Origin: an uncultured bacterium
GTDB lineage: Bacteria; Acidobacteriota; Aminicenantia; Aminicenantales; UBA4085
Direction: 5' to 3'
NCBI GenBank assembly: GCA_937868205.1
Contig: CALMMC010000049.1
Span: 423 to 64,422 of the forward strand
DNA length: 64,000 nucleotides
The first letter of the stretch is position 1, and each line of letters begins with the position of its first letter. Of this stretch, positions 55,537 to 64,000 are shown in pieces. A program made the translations under genes and the position numbers. A model generated the notes under the pieces. It worked only from the letters and a program-made list of their open reading frames with translations. It was not told where the DNA came from and did no database searches.

Positions 55537-57879
55537 TTACTTCGGCCGCGGCTTGAAGACAAACTCCCGCGGCGGCGCGGCTCCGAGCAGATGCCGGACG
55601 AAATAATCCCAGCGCTTCCGGGTCATGTACGGCTCGCTGCCGAATCCGTGCCCCCGATTGGGGAACAGGATCATGTCGAAATCCTTGTTGGCCGCGATCA
55701 GGGCGTCGACCACGAGAAGAGTCAGGTAGGGCGGAACGTTGTCGTCCATCGTTCCGTGGGTGATCAGGAGCTTTCCTTTCAGGTTGGCGGCGAAGTTCTG
55801 GTTGGCCTGGGAGTCGTAATTCGACGTCCCGTCCGGGCGGCGGACGAGCCGTCCATGCCATTTCTCGCCCCAATCGTCCTCATAGCCGCGGTTGTCATGA
55901 TTGCCGGCTTGAGACACTCCCACCTTGAAGAAATCAGGGTAATGGAACATAGCCGCGGCCGCGGCGTATCCGCCGCCTGAATGGCCGTAAATCCCGGCCC
56001 GGTCCAGATCAATCCAGGGATAGCGCACGGCCAGCTCCTTCATCCCCGCGACCTGATCCGGCAGCGTGTTGTCAGCCATGTTGCCGTAATACGCCTCGTG
56101 GAATTTCTTGGACCGGTTCGGCGTCCCCATCCCGTCGATCTGGACGACGACGAATCCCAGCTCGGCGATCGCCCGGGCGTCCCATCGGCGCGAGGCCGAG
56201 AAGCTCCGGGAGCTCACGCTCCCGCTCTGCGGGCCGGGATAGATGTTGTTCAGGATCGGATATTTCCGGGCCGGATCAAATCCGGTCGGGCGGAACATCA
56301 GTCCGTACAGATCGGTGACGCCGTCGCGGGCCTTGACCGTGAAGGGCGTCGGCGGCGTCCAGCCCGTCTCGAGCAGGGCCGAAATATCGGCTTTTTCAAG
56401 GGTCAGAACGAACCGGCCTTCGGCCGTTCTCAGGACCGTCGTCGGCGGAACGTCCGGGCGGGAAAACGTGTCGATCAGATAGCGGCCCGACGGCGAATAG
56501 ACAACCTCGTGATCCATGTCCTCCGGCGTGAGCAGGACCTTGCCGGTCCCGTCGAAGCCGATCTGATAGATATGCCGGAAGTACGGATCGCGGCCGGATT
56601 CCATCCCCAGGCCGGCGAACGTCAGCCGCCGCTTCTCCGGCTCGACCCGAACGACGCGGGCGGCCCTCCCGGGGCCGGAGGTGATCGGATTTTTCAGCCG
56701 CCCGGTTTCGAGGTCGTAAAGGAAGAGGCGTCCCCAATCCTCGCGCTCGGAAAACCAGATGAATTCGCCGGACTCCGGCAAAAACCGCCAGGCCGACTCC
56801 CCCGCCCCGGATTCGAAAAATGTCTTCGTCGTTTCCTCGAAGACGTCCCGGACCTCGCCCGTCTCGGGATCGGCGACCCGGAGCAGGGCCGAGGAGTGGT
56901 CGCGCGGCGTGGAGACGAACGCCAGCCGGCGCGAATCCCGGCTCCAGGCGACGTCCTCCATCTGTCCGTCGCTGGCTTGGATGTCGTCGGTCACGCTGCC
57001 GCGGCGCGCGTCGGGCGGAACCTTCAAGCGGACGACCCGCGGTCCGTCCAGGTGGACGACGACCCGCTGGATCGTGATCACCGTCTCATCCTCCGGCAGC
57101 GGATACTTCCAAACATGAAGAACGGGCCGGCCGGCTTTCACCTCGACGAGCGGCATTTCGCCCACGCCGCGCTGATCCTGCTGAAACGTGGCGATCTTCC
57201 GCGAATCAGGCGACCAGGCGACGATCGGCCGGTCGCTTTTCGACCAGCCGGCGTTGTCCGTCGCGTAGCCGAAATCCTTGACTCCGTCGAACGTCAACGG
57301 CCGCTCCGTCCCCGTCTCCGTTTCCCGCACCCACAGGTTGTCGCCGCGGAGGAAGGCCTCCAGGCGCCCGTCGGGAGACGCCGCTCCCGGCTCACGCTCT
57401 TTCTCCGGCCGGCCGCCGGGCGGGGCGATCGCCTCGAACGTCATCTTCCGGCCGCGGAGATCGCAGGAATACCGGCGCGCCCCGACGACGAAGGAGATCC
57501 TTTTCCCTCCGTCCATAAACTCGATTTCATTAAACGGCAGGCTCGTCGCGGCGTGCGGCTTGCCCTCGGCCGCCGACAGAGCGGCCGCGACCCGGACGTG
57601 GTCGAACGCCGGCCCGCGGACGCCCCGGGGCGCGTCGACCAGAATGAATTCCGATCCTCCGGCCAGCCGGTTCCGGTACCAGAACCTGTCTCCCGAAAGC
57701 CAGTGCGGCTCGACGGAAGCCCGGAAAACGAGAGACGCGGCCTGGGCCCCGAGGAATCGTTCCGCCCGGGCATAATCGGCGGCGGTGACGACGGGGCGTT
57801 CCGCGGCCGTCGAGGGAAGGGCGGTCAATACGGCGGACAACGCCGCCGCGGCGAGGATCCGGAGCATCCGGTGGGACAT
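55537..57879 (-). CDS. S9-family serine peptidase, dipeptidyl-peptidase IV-like (beta-propeller plus alpha/beta hydrolase), secreted
   Basis: GYGHSGGGY nucleophile elbow; DPP-IV N-terminal propeller region; signal peptide. Confidence 0.85.
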   Translation of the reverse strand: MSHRMLRILAAAALSAVLTALPSTAAERPVVTAADYARAERFLGAQAASLVFRASVEPHWLSGDRFWYRNRLAGGSEFILVDAPRGVRGPAFDHVRVAAALSAAEGKPHAATSLPFNEIEFMDGGKRISFVVGARRYSCDLRGRKMTFEAIAPPGGRPEKEREPGAASPDGRLEAFLRGDNLWVRETETGTERPLTFDGVKDFGYATDNAGWSKSDRPIVAWSPDSRKIATFQQDQRGVGEMPLVEVKAGRPVLHVWKYPLPEDETVITIQRVVVHLDGPRVVRLKVPPDARRGSVTDDIQASDGQMEDVAWSRDSRRLAFVSTPRDHSSALLRVADPETGEVRDVFEETTKTFFESGAGESAWRFLPESGEFIWFSEREDWGRLFLYDLETGRLKNPITSGPGRAARVVRVEPEKRRLTFAGLGMESGRDPYFRHIYQIGFDGTGKVLLTPEDMDHEVVYSPSGRYLIDTFSRPDVPPTTVLRTAEGRFVLTLEKADISALLETGWTPPTPFTVKARDGVTDLYGLMFRPTGFDPARKYPILNNIYPGPQSGSVSSRSFSASRRWDARAIAELGFVVVQIDGMGTPNRSKKFHEAYYGNMADNTLPDQVAGMKELAVRYPWIDLDRAGIYGHSGGGYAAAAAMFHYPDFFKVGVSQAGNHDNRGYEDDWGEKWHGRLVRRPDGTSNYDSQANQNFAANLKGKLLITHGTMDDNVPPYLTLLVVDALIAANKDFDMILFPNRGHGFGSEPYMTRKRWDYFVRHLLGAAPPREFVFKPRPK

Positions 57880-58019
57880 CGGCAGCCTCCTTTTTATCGA
57901 TCGTGGATCATAGCCACGGTCTCGGCGACGGCCCGGGCTGAAAACAGGAGGGCCGTCCGGAAATCCTTGCTATTGTGGCTGTTTTGCCCGAGAAGATCAA
58001 TCGTTCCAAAGGGACAAGG

Positions 58020-58056
58020 ATGAAGATGCCAGGACCGGGCCCGTTTTGATATAATC
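58020..58056 (+). promoter_or_regulatory. Extended -10 promoter (TGATATAAT) for the aldolase gene
   Basis: tgatataat at 58047-58055, about 50 nt upstream of the start. The -35 is weak (tgccag). Confidence 0.5.
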
Positions 58057-58105
58057 TGGGCGATTCAACGCCCGGAAAACCCGGAGCCGTTTCAAGGAGC
58101 CGATC

Positions 58106-59521
58106 ATGTCCAATCAGGTTTGGGACCGCATGTCGAAATCTCTGGAAGGCATCGTGAACATCGAAGAAGCCCGCGTCACCCTCCTCGATGAAAAAAGACT
58201 CCCGGAAACAATGGACGGCTTGATCCAGGAAGCGGTATTCGGCGACCCGGACGTCCAAGCCGCCGCCCGGTGGCTGATCCGGGAGACCGCCCAGGCCGCC
58301 GGCATCCGTCCCGCCTCGATCCATGAGCTGTATGTCGCCCGGGGCCGCGGCCAGATCGAGAAAGCCTTCACTGTTCCGGCAATGAACTTGAGGATGCTGG
58401 CGTATGATTCCGCCCGGGCCGTGTTCCGGGCCGCCAGGACGATCGACTGCGGCGCCTTTATCTTCGAGATCGCCCGGAGCGAGATGGTCTACACGGACCA
58501 GCGCCCGACCGAGTACGTCGCCGCCGTCCTCGCAGCCGCCCTCCGGGAAGGATACCGCGGGCCCGTCTTCATCCAGGGCGACCACTTCCAGGCCGGGGCC
58601 AAAAAATACGCGATCGACCCCGAAGCCGAGGTCCAAGCCATCCGCGACGTGATCGTCGAATCCATCGGCGCGGGGTTCTACAACATCGACATCGACACGT
58701 CCACCCTCGTCGATCTCTCCCTCCCGAAGCTCCATGACCAGCAGAAGAAAAATTTCGAGCTTTGTGCGACCCTGACCCGCTTCATCCGCGACCGCGAACC
58801 CGCCGGGGTGACGATCTCGATCGGCGGCGAAATCGGCGAGGTCGGGCATCAAAACAGCACGGTCGAGGACCTCGACGCCTTCATGGAGGGGTACAACGCC
58901 GCCCGCGGGGCCAAGACGGGGATCAGCAAAATCAGCATCCAGACGGGCACATCGCACGGCGGCGTGGTCCTGCCCGACGGGTCGTTGGCCGATGTAGCCA
59001 TCGATTTCGAGGCCCTCCGGAAGCTGAGCGCCCGGGCCCGGGAGAAGTACGGCATGGGCGGGGCCGTCCAGCACGGCGCCAGCACCCTGCCCGACACGGC
59101 GTTCCACCGGTTCGTCGAGGCCGGGACCTGCGAAGTCCACCTGGCCACCGCCTTCCAAACCCTGATCATGGATCATCCGACCGTCCCCGAGTCGCTCCGG
59201 CTGGAAATGTACGATTGGCTGAAAAAAAACGCGGCCGCGGAGCGCAAGCCCAAGGATTCCGACGCCCAATTCTTCTACAAGCTTCGGAAAAAGGCCGTCG
59301 GACCGTTCAAGAAGCGCTTCTGGGACCTGCCGAGGGAAGCCCGGGAGGAGATCGGAGCGGATCTGGAGAAGAAATTCCAATACCTGTTTGAACAGCTGGG
59401 AATGGCCCGGACCGCCGGCATCGTGAAACGCTTCATCAAGGCGCCGGAAATCCATACTCCCCGGCCCGCCGGCGGCATCCGGAAAGCCAAAACCGAAAAC
59501 GTCGACGGCCTGGCAGACTGA
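58106..59521 (+). CDS. Class II fructose/ketose-bisphosphate aldolase (long-form)
   Basis: Class II aldolase metal-binding motifs (…IQGDHF…, …TSHGG…, …QHGAS…); 471 aa. Confidence 0.8.
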   Translation: MSNQVWDRMSKSLEGIVNIEEARVTLLDEKRLPETMDGLIQEAVFGDPDVQAAARWLIRETAQAAGIRPASIHELYVARGRGQIEKAFTVPAMNLRMLAYDSARAVFRAARTIDCGAFIFEIARSEMVYTDQRPTEYVAAVLAAALREGYRGPVFIQGDHFQAGAKKYAIDPEAEVQAIRDVIVESIGAGFYNIDIDTSTLVDLSLPKLHDQQKKNFELCATLTRFIRDREPAGVTISIGGEIGEVGHQNSTVEDLDAFMEGYNAARGAKTGISKISIQTGTSHGGVVLPDGSLADVAIDFEALRKLSARAREKYGMGGAVQHGASTLPDTAFHRFVEAGTCEVHLATAFQTLIMDHPTVPESLRLEMYDWLKKNAAAERKPKDSDAQFFYKLRKKAVGPFKKRFWDLPREAREEIGADLEKKFQYLFEQLGMARTAGIVKRFIKAPEIHTPRPAGGIRKAKTENVDGLAD

Positions 59522-59561
59522 AGCCCAGGCTGAATCCAAGACTCTCTGCCTCCCGGAAAGC

Positions 59562-59738
59562 GGGCGCACGTCCCCGGAGCGGGGCATTTGTCGCCTCTTC
59601 GCAAATGCCGCGGAGCGGGGCAGAAGCGCCATTCATCGCCTCAGGTCGATCCACCGCCAAAAAGTCCTGGCGCGCACGTCCCCGGAGCGGGGCATTTGTC
59701 GCCTCTTCGCAAATGCCGCGGAGAGGGGCTGAAGCGCG
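59562..59738 (+). repeat. Two tandem roughly 68-nt direct repeats, each containing the hairpin GGCATTTG-N11-CAAATGCC
   Basis: gcgcacgtccccggagcggggcatttgtcgcctcttcgcaaatgccgcggagMggggcWgaagcgc occurs at about 59562-59629 and 59668-59738. Confidence 0.8.
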
Positions 59739-59740
59739 GA

Positions 59741-59957
59741 GGTTATGACGGCCGGAGCGAACATCGTCCGGATTAGGCTTTTCTCGATGCTTGCTTGGGA
59801 AGCCGGCTCGGAAGAAGCCGGCCGAGCGAAGATGTTTGAGCGTCCCGCGCCTTGAACCGTTAAAAGGTCTTCCGGGACGCGAGTTCTTCGCCGCCAAGCC
59901 AGGCCGATCGAGAAAAGCCGTCAAGATCCGGACGCGTGAGCGGAGGCCGTTATAACC
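59741..59957. repeat. Roughly 215-bp long imperfect palindrome (MITE-like element or structured RNA)
   Basis: The outer arms ggttatgacggcc / ggccgttataacc carry one mismatch. Inner complementary blocks pair in the same way: cgtccggat/atccggacg, ggcttttctcgat/atcgagaaaagcc, cgaagatgtttgagcgtcccg/cgggacgcgagttcttcg. Confidence 0.7.
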
Positions 59958-60041
59958 CCGCAATATTTTCTCCCACCGCCGCGTCTTGGGATTTCGGCGG
60001 AGCGGGACCGAAATCCAGCCCCGCTCCGCCTGATTTCCATT

Positions 60042-63000
60042 TTACTTCCGGTTGCCGCGGATCGGATACGGCGGCCGGACCGGCTTCTTGGCCGGCGATT
60101 TAGCCAACTCTTCCATCACGATGGCGATCGCCCGCTCGAGCTGCGGATCACCGCCGGCGGCGACCGCGGCCGGATCCTGTTCAACCTCGATATCCGGCGG
60201 CACGCCCTCGTTTTCGACGATCCAGCCGTCTTCCGTCCAGATGGCCAGGTTGGGTGCGGTGACGTAGCCGCCGTCCATCAGGACCGGGAAGCCGAGCGTC
60301 CCGACCAGGCCGCCCCAGGTGCGTTTCCCGACCAGCGGGCCGATTTTGAACTTGCGGAACATCCACGGCAGGAGGTCTCCGCCGGACCCGGCGGTTTCGT
60401 CGATCAGCATGACCTTGGGTCCTTGGATCGAAGCCCCCGGCGCTTTCATGTCGGCGCCGTGCCGCATGTTCCAATAGCTGATCTCCGGCCGGCGCAGATG
60501 ATCGATGTAATAATCGGCGATCAGGCCGCCGCCGTTGAACCGCTCGTCGACGATGACCGCCTCCTTGTCGGCCTGGGGATAGAAATACCTCTTGAAATAA
60601 GCGAATCCCTGGTACGACGTGTTGGGGACATAGACATAGGCGACCCGTCCGCCGGTGGCATTCTCCACCTTCTTCAGGTTGCCTTCCACCCAGTCGCGGT
60701 TGCGGAGGGCCAGCTCGTTTTCGACCGGCACCGCCCGGACGGTCCGGGCTCCCCGGCCGTCGGGAAGCGGCCCGACCTTCAGCTCGACGAACTTGCCGGC
60801 CTTGTTCTCGAACAAGGCGTAAAGGTTATCCGCCGGAGCCCGCAGATCCCGGCCGTCGACCGCCAGCAGGTAATCCCCCTCGGCCACGTTCAGGCCGGGC
60901 TCGGTCAGGGGCGAGCGCAGGTCGGGATTCCAGTTCAATCCCCCGTAGATTTTCTTGATCCGGTACCGGCCGTTTTCAACGGCGTAATCCGCCCCGAGGA
61001 GTCCGCCCGGAACGGCCCGGTTCGCGGCCAAAAAATCCCCGCCGCCGACCCGGTGGTGGCCGACGCCGAGCTCGGAGCACATCCACTGGATCAGCCGGTT
61101 GAGATCGGCCCGGCAGGACAAGTGCGGCAAAAACACTTCGTATTTTTTCCGCATGGCCTCCCAGTCGGCTCCGTGCATGTTGTCGGCATAGAAGTAATCC
61201 CGGTTGATCCTCCAGGCCTCGGCGAAGATCTGGGCCCATTCCTCTTCCGGAACGACCGGGACGCCGATCTCCCCGACTTGAAGCTGTCCCTGGCCGGCGG
61301 CCGGCTTGGGCTGGAGAGCGGTGAGGAAGAAGGTCTCCGACGGTCCGGAGTACAGGATTTTCTTGCAGTCGAAGGAGAGCGTGTACTGAAAGACGCCGGT
61401 CAAGAGGACCTCGTCCTTGCGGGATTTGAAATCATACCGGTGAAGCAGGCCGCCGCGCGCGGCCGCGGGAGAGCCGATGTCCGGAGGGCCCTCAAGATAA
61501 TAAATCTGTCCGGCTTCGCCCGCTTTCAGGATATCGTAGCTTCCGGGCGGGACAGGCACGGCGACGATCCGCCGTTCGATCCCGTCAAAATCGATCTTGA
61601 CCTCGGCCGCCGGGACCGGGCCCGCGGGCGCGGCCGGAGCGGCCGCCTCCTTCGCCGCGACACCGGGGGCGGATTTGGCGGGCAAGCCCGTCTCCTCGTC
61701 GCTCTCCCGGGCGAGGGGATTGGCCGTGTCCTTGGCCAGGGACACGACATAAATCGAGCTCGTCAGCCGGGCGTCGAACTTGGACAGGTCGAACCATTGA
61801 TTGATCGGACCGGCGTCGGTCGAGGCGAAAAAGTAAAGGAACTTGCCGGAGGCGTCGAAAACCGGGCGGTAGGCCTCGCTCAAACCGTCGGACACGGGGA
61901 AAGACTTGTCCTGGGCGACGGAATAGACGAAGACCCGCTGAAAATACGAGGCGGTGCCCAGGGTATAGGCCAGCCATTTCCCATCGGGCGACCAGGCCGA
62001 AGGACTTTTCCGCCCCCCGAGCTGATAATCGGCCCCGATTTTTTTGATGTTGCCGTTCTCCAGGTCGAGAACGTAAATCGCCCGGGCGTTGTCATGGAAA
62101 GCGATCCGCCGGCCGTCGGGCGACCAGACCGGCGTTTCGTAGAAGCCGGAGCCGGCAAGGGCATAGCTCCGGGGCGTCCCTTTTCCGTCTTGGGGACGGA
62201 CCTCGAGGGCGTATTCCCCGGAGGCATCGGAGAAATAAGAGATCGATTTTCCGTCGGGAGACCAGAGAGGGGACCGTTCATGGGCCCCCGGCGTCCGGGT
62301 CAGGTTGCGGGGATCCCCTTTCTCGGCCGGGACGGTCACGATCTCGCCCCGGAACTCGAAGACGGCCCGGGCCCCGGAGGGCGAGAGCTCGCCGTTGCGG
62401 ATCCACTTGGCCCCCTTGGCCGTCCGCTCCCTGAGCTCGGCCGCGTCGGTCGCGATCCCGATTTGAAGGCGGGTCGAGGCCCCGGAAACGGGGTCAAGGA
62501 GATGAAGAGACCCGGCCTGCTCGTAAATGATCCGGCCGTCTCCGGCCGAGGCGCTGAGAACGGGGAAATCCTCATGGCGGGTCAAGGCCTTGATTTCCCG
62601 GGTCCGGGGGTCGTAGCTGTAAATGTTGAACTCCCCGTCCCGGTCGGACCGAAAGTAGATCTTGTCCCCGATCCACATCGGGCCGGGGTCGTTGCAGCGG
62701 CCCTCGGGCTGGGGGATTTTTTCGTACGACAAGTCGTCGAGGTTGATGATCCAGACGGTTGAATTCGTCCCCCCGCGGTAATGCTTCCACTGGAGAAAGG
62801 CGTCGGACAGGGGATTGGTCGCCAGCTTTTTCCCGTCGGGCGAGTAGACCGCCCGGAAGGCGTTCGGAATCCGGAGCTTTTCCGGGAATCCGCCTTCGAC
62901 GGGAACGGTGAACAACTGCTGGTACCGGCCGGTGAAAACCTGCCGGGCGGACGTGAACAGGACCGCCTTCCCGTCCGGAGTGAAGCCCTGGACGATGTCC

Positions 63001-63332
63001 GCGCCCGGGTGCCAGGTCAGCCGCCGGGGCACGCCGCCGGCGGCCGGGACGACGTAGACATCGGTGTTGCCGTCATACTGGGCGCTGAAGGCGATCAGCC
63101 CGCCGTCGGGCGAGAACGCCGGATTGAATTCGACGCCCAGGTCGGACGTCAGCCGCCGGACGTTTTTCCCGTCGAGGTCGGCCGCCCAGAGGTCATTGGC
63201 GTAATGGAAGGCGAGGCCGCTTTTCCCGACGGCCGGCTGGGTCATCATCCGCGTGTCGCGGACGTCGATCCCGAACCCGAGGGAGACGAAGGCGGCCAGC
63301 ATCGCGGCCGCGCAGCCCGTTCTGATTCTCAT
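60042..63332 (-). CDS. Tricorn protease homologue (beta-propellers plus PDZ plus S41 peptidase)
   Basis: 1096 aa with TolB-like propeller repeats and a C-terminal S41 region (…DERFNGGGL…GSGGD…KRTWGG…). Confidence 0.85.
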   Translation of the reverse strand: MRIRTGCAAAMLAAFVSLGFGIDVRDTRMMTQPAVGKSGLAFHYANDLWAADLDGKNVRRLTSDLGVEFNPAFSPDGGLIAFSAQYDGNTDVYVVPAAGGVPRRLTWHPGADIVQGFTPDGKAVLFTSARQVFTGRYQQLFTVPVEGGFPEKLRIPNAFRAVYSPDGKKLATNPLSDAFLQWKHYRGGTNSTVWIINLDDLSYEKIPQPEGRCNDPGPMWIGDKIYFRSDRDGEFNIYSYDPRTREIKALTRHEDFPVLSASAGDGRIIYEQAGSLHLLDPVSGASTRLQIGIATDAAELRERTAKGAKWIRNGELSPSGARAVFEFRGEIVTVPAEKGDPRNLTRTPGAHERSPLWSPDGKSISYFSDASGEYALEVRPQDGKGTPRSYALAGSGFYETPVWSPDGRRIAFHDNARAIYVLDLENGNIKKIGADYQLGGRKSPSAWSPDGKWLAYTLGTASYFQRVFVYSVAQDKSFPVSDGLSEAYRPVFDASGKFLYFFASTDAGPINQWFDLSKFDARLTSSIYVVSLAKDTANPLARESDEETGLPAKSAPGVAAKEAAAPAAPAGPVPAAEVKIDFDGIERRIVAVPVPPGSYDILKAGEAGQIYYLEGPPDIGSPAAARGGLLHRYDFKSRKDEVLLTGVFQYTLSFDCKKILYSGPSETFFLTALQPKPAAGQGQLQVGEIGVPVVPEEEWAQIFAEAWRINRDYFYADNMHGADWEAMRKKYEVFLPHLSCRADLNRLIQWMCSELGVGHHRVGGGDFLAANRAVPGGLLGADYAVENGRYRIKKIYGGLNWNPDLRSPLTEPGLNVAEGDYLLAVDGRDLRAPADNLYALFENKAGKFVELKVGPLPDGRGARTVRAVPVENELALRNRDWVEGNLKKVENATGGRVAYVYVPNTSYQGFAYFKRYFYPQADKEAVIVDERFNGGGLIADYYIDHLRRPEISYWNMRHGADMKAPGASIQGPKVMLIDETAGSGGDLLPWMFRKFKIGPLVGKRTWGGLVGTLGFPVLMDGGYVTAPNLAIWTEDGWIVENEGVPPDIEVEQDPAAVAAGGDPQLERAIAIVMEELAKSPAKKPVRPPYPIRGNRK

Positions 63333-63349
63333 GATCCTCCTCCTTGACC

Positions 63350-64000
63350 TTATTTTCCGTTGTAAGGCACGCCGGTCTTGATCCAGTCGGCCGCCGGCGC
63401 TCCCTTCAGATAATGATCAAAGAATTCCATCATCTTGATCGAATAATCGAGCTTGTTGGCGTAGATCTTGGGATGGTGGGGTTCGCCCCGGTACTGGAGG
63501 AAGAAGCAATCCTTCCCCAGGCGGCGGAGAGCGAGGTAAAGCTCGATGGATTGATACCAGGGAACAGCCCCGTCTTCGTCGCCGTGCATCAGGAGCAGCG
63601 GCGTCTTGATCCGGTCGGCGAAAAAGACCGGGGAATTCTCGACGTACAAGTCGCGCGCTTCCCAGAGGGACGCTCCGATCCGGCTCTGCTCGCGCTCGTA
63701 CTGGAATTGGCGGGCCATCCCCGACTCCCAGCGGATGCCGCTGTAGGCGCTGGTCATGTTGCCCACCGGGGCGCCGGCGCAGGCGGCGGCGAAGAGATCG
63801 GTCTGGGTGACGACGAAAGCCGTTTCATACCCGCCCCAGGAATGGCCGTGAAGGCCGACGGCCTTCGGATCGGCGAGGCCCATGTCGATGAGCTTCCGGA
63901 CGCCCGGAACGAGGCAATGGACGGCCGACATCCCGGGCCGGCCGACGGTGAACCGGATGTCCGGCAGAAAGACGGCGTAGCCGTGGCCGGCATAAACCGG
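63350..64000 (-). CDS. S9 prolyl-oligopeptidase-family alpha/beta hydrolase (N-terminus beyond the window end)
   Basis: GHSWGGY nucleophile elbow with the Asp/His region (…MHGDEDGAVP…). The ORF has no start within the window. Confidence 0.8.
   Translation of the reverse strand, partial: PVYAGHGYAVFLPDIRFTVGRPGMSAVHCLVPGVRKLIDMGLADPKAVGLHGHSWGGYETAFVVTQTDLFAAACAGAPVGNMTSAYSGIRWESGMARQFQYEREQSRIGASLWEARDLYVENSPVFFADRIKTPLLLMHGDEDGAVPWYQSIELYLALRRLGKDCFFLQYRGEPHHPKIYANKLDYSIKMMEFFDHYLKGAPAADWIKTGVPYNGK

Noticed and set aside
59562-59738. Considered a CRISPR array because of two near-identical direct repeats separated by a unique spacer
   Set aside because: There are only two repeat copies, each about 68 nt, longer than CRISPR repeats. 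No leader or cas genes are nearby, and each repeat has a strong internal hairpin. It is better explained as tandem hairpin repeats, as described in the findings.

Overview
Reading of a 64 kb chromosomal window from a high-G+C bacterium, done by eye from the sequence and the six-frame ORF track; no searches were run. Coding density is high and most genes are core or metabolic. Housekeeping genes include mnmA, yebC-ruvC, ychF, a class II aldolase and a cysteine-desulfurase-like aminotransferase. Envelope and transport genes include an MlaEFD operon with a PqiC-like lipoprotein, PiT with a DUF47 partner, CDF, NSS and MFS transporters. Respiration is represented by nrfHA preceded by a DUF438-hemerythrin-PAS protein, and by a heptaheme cytochrome with an ApbE flavin transferase and a Tat-exported Gfo/Idh/MocA enzyme. 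Secreted or periplasmic peptidases are unusually dense: an M16 pair, C69, C1B, S9 DPP-IV-like, a tricorn homologue plus a second S9, and an amidohydrolase. Six accessory or unusual signals stand out. (1) A REP-associated tyrosine transposase (RAYT) sits inside a cluster of about 25-nt REP repeats, with inverted REP doublets in five more intergenic sites within the first 13 kb. (2) An approximately one-third G+C cassette carries a complete DUF998 gene; it lies inside, and in opposite orientation to, a native high-GC DUF998 gene whose N- and C-terminal remnants still flank it. (3) A lower-GC two-gene island encodes tandem HNH nucleases with different putative modified-base reader domains. (4) An AT-rich locus has a near-consensus sigma70 promoter, a palindromic operator-like site, a 22-codon hydrophobic ORF, a DUF2178-like membrane protein and an XRE regulator. 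(5) A roughly 100-nt element is repeated upstream of two secreted-protein genes. (6) A 520-bp intergenic region holds two tandem roughly 70-nt hairpin repeats followed by a roughly 215-bp long imperfect palindrome. No rRNA, tRNA or CRISPR array was found.
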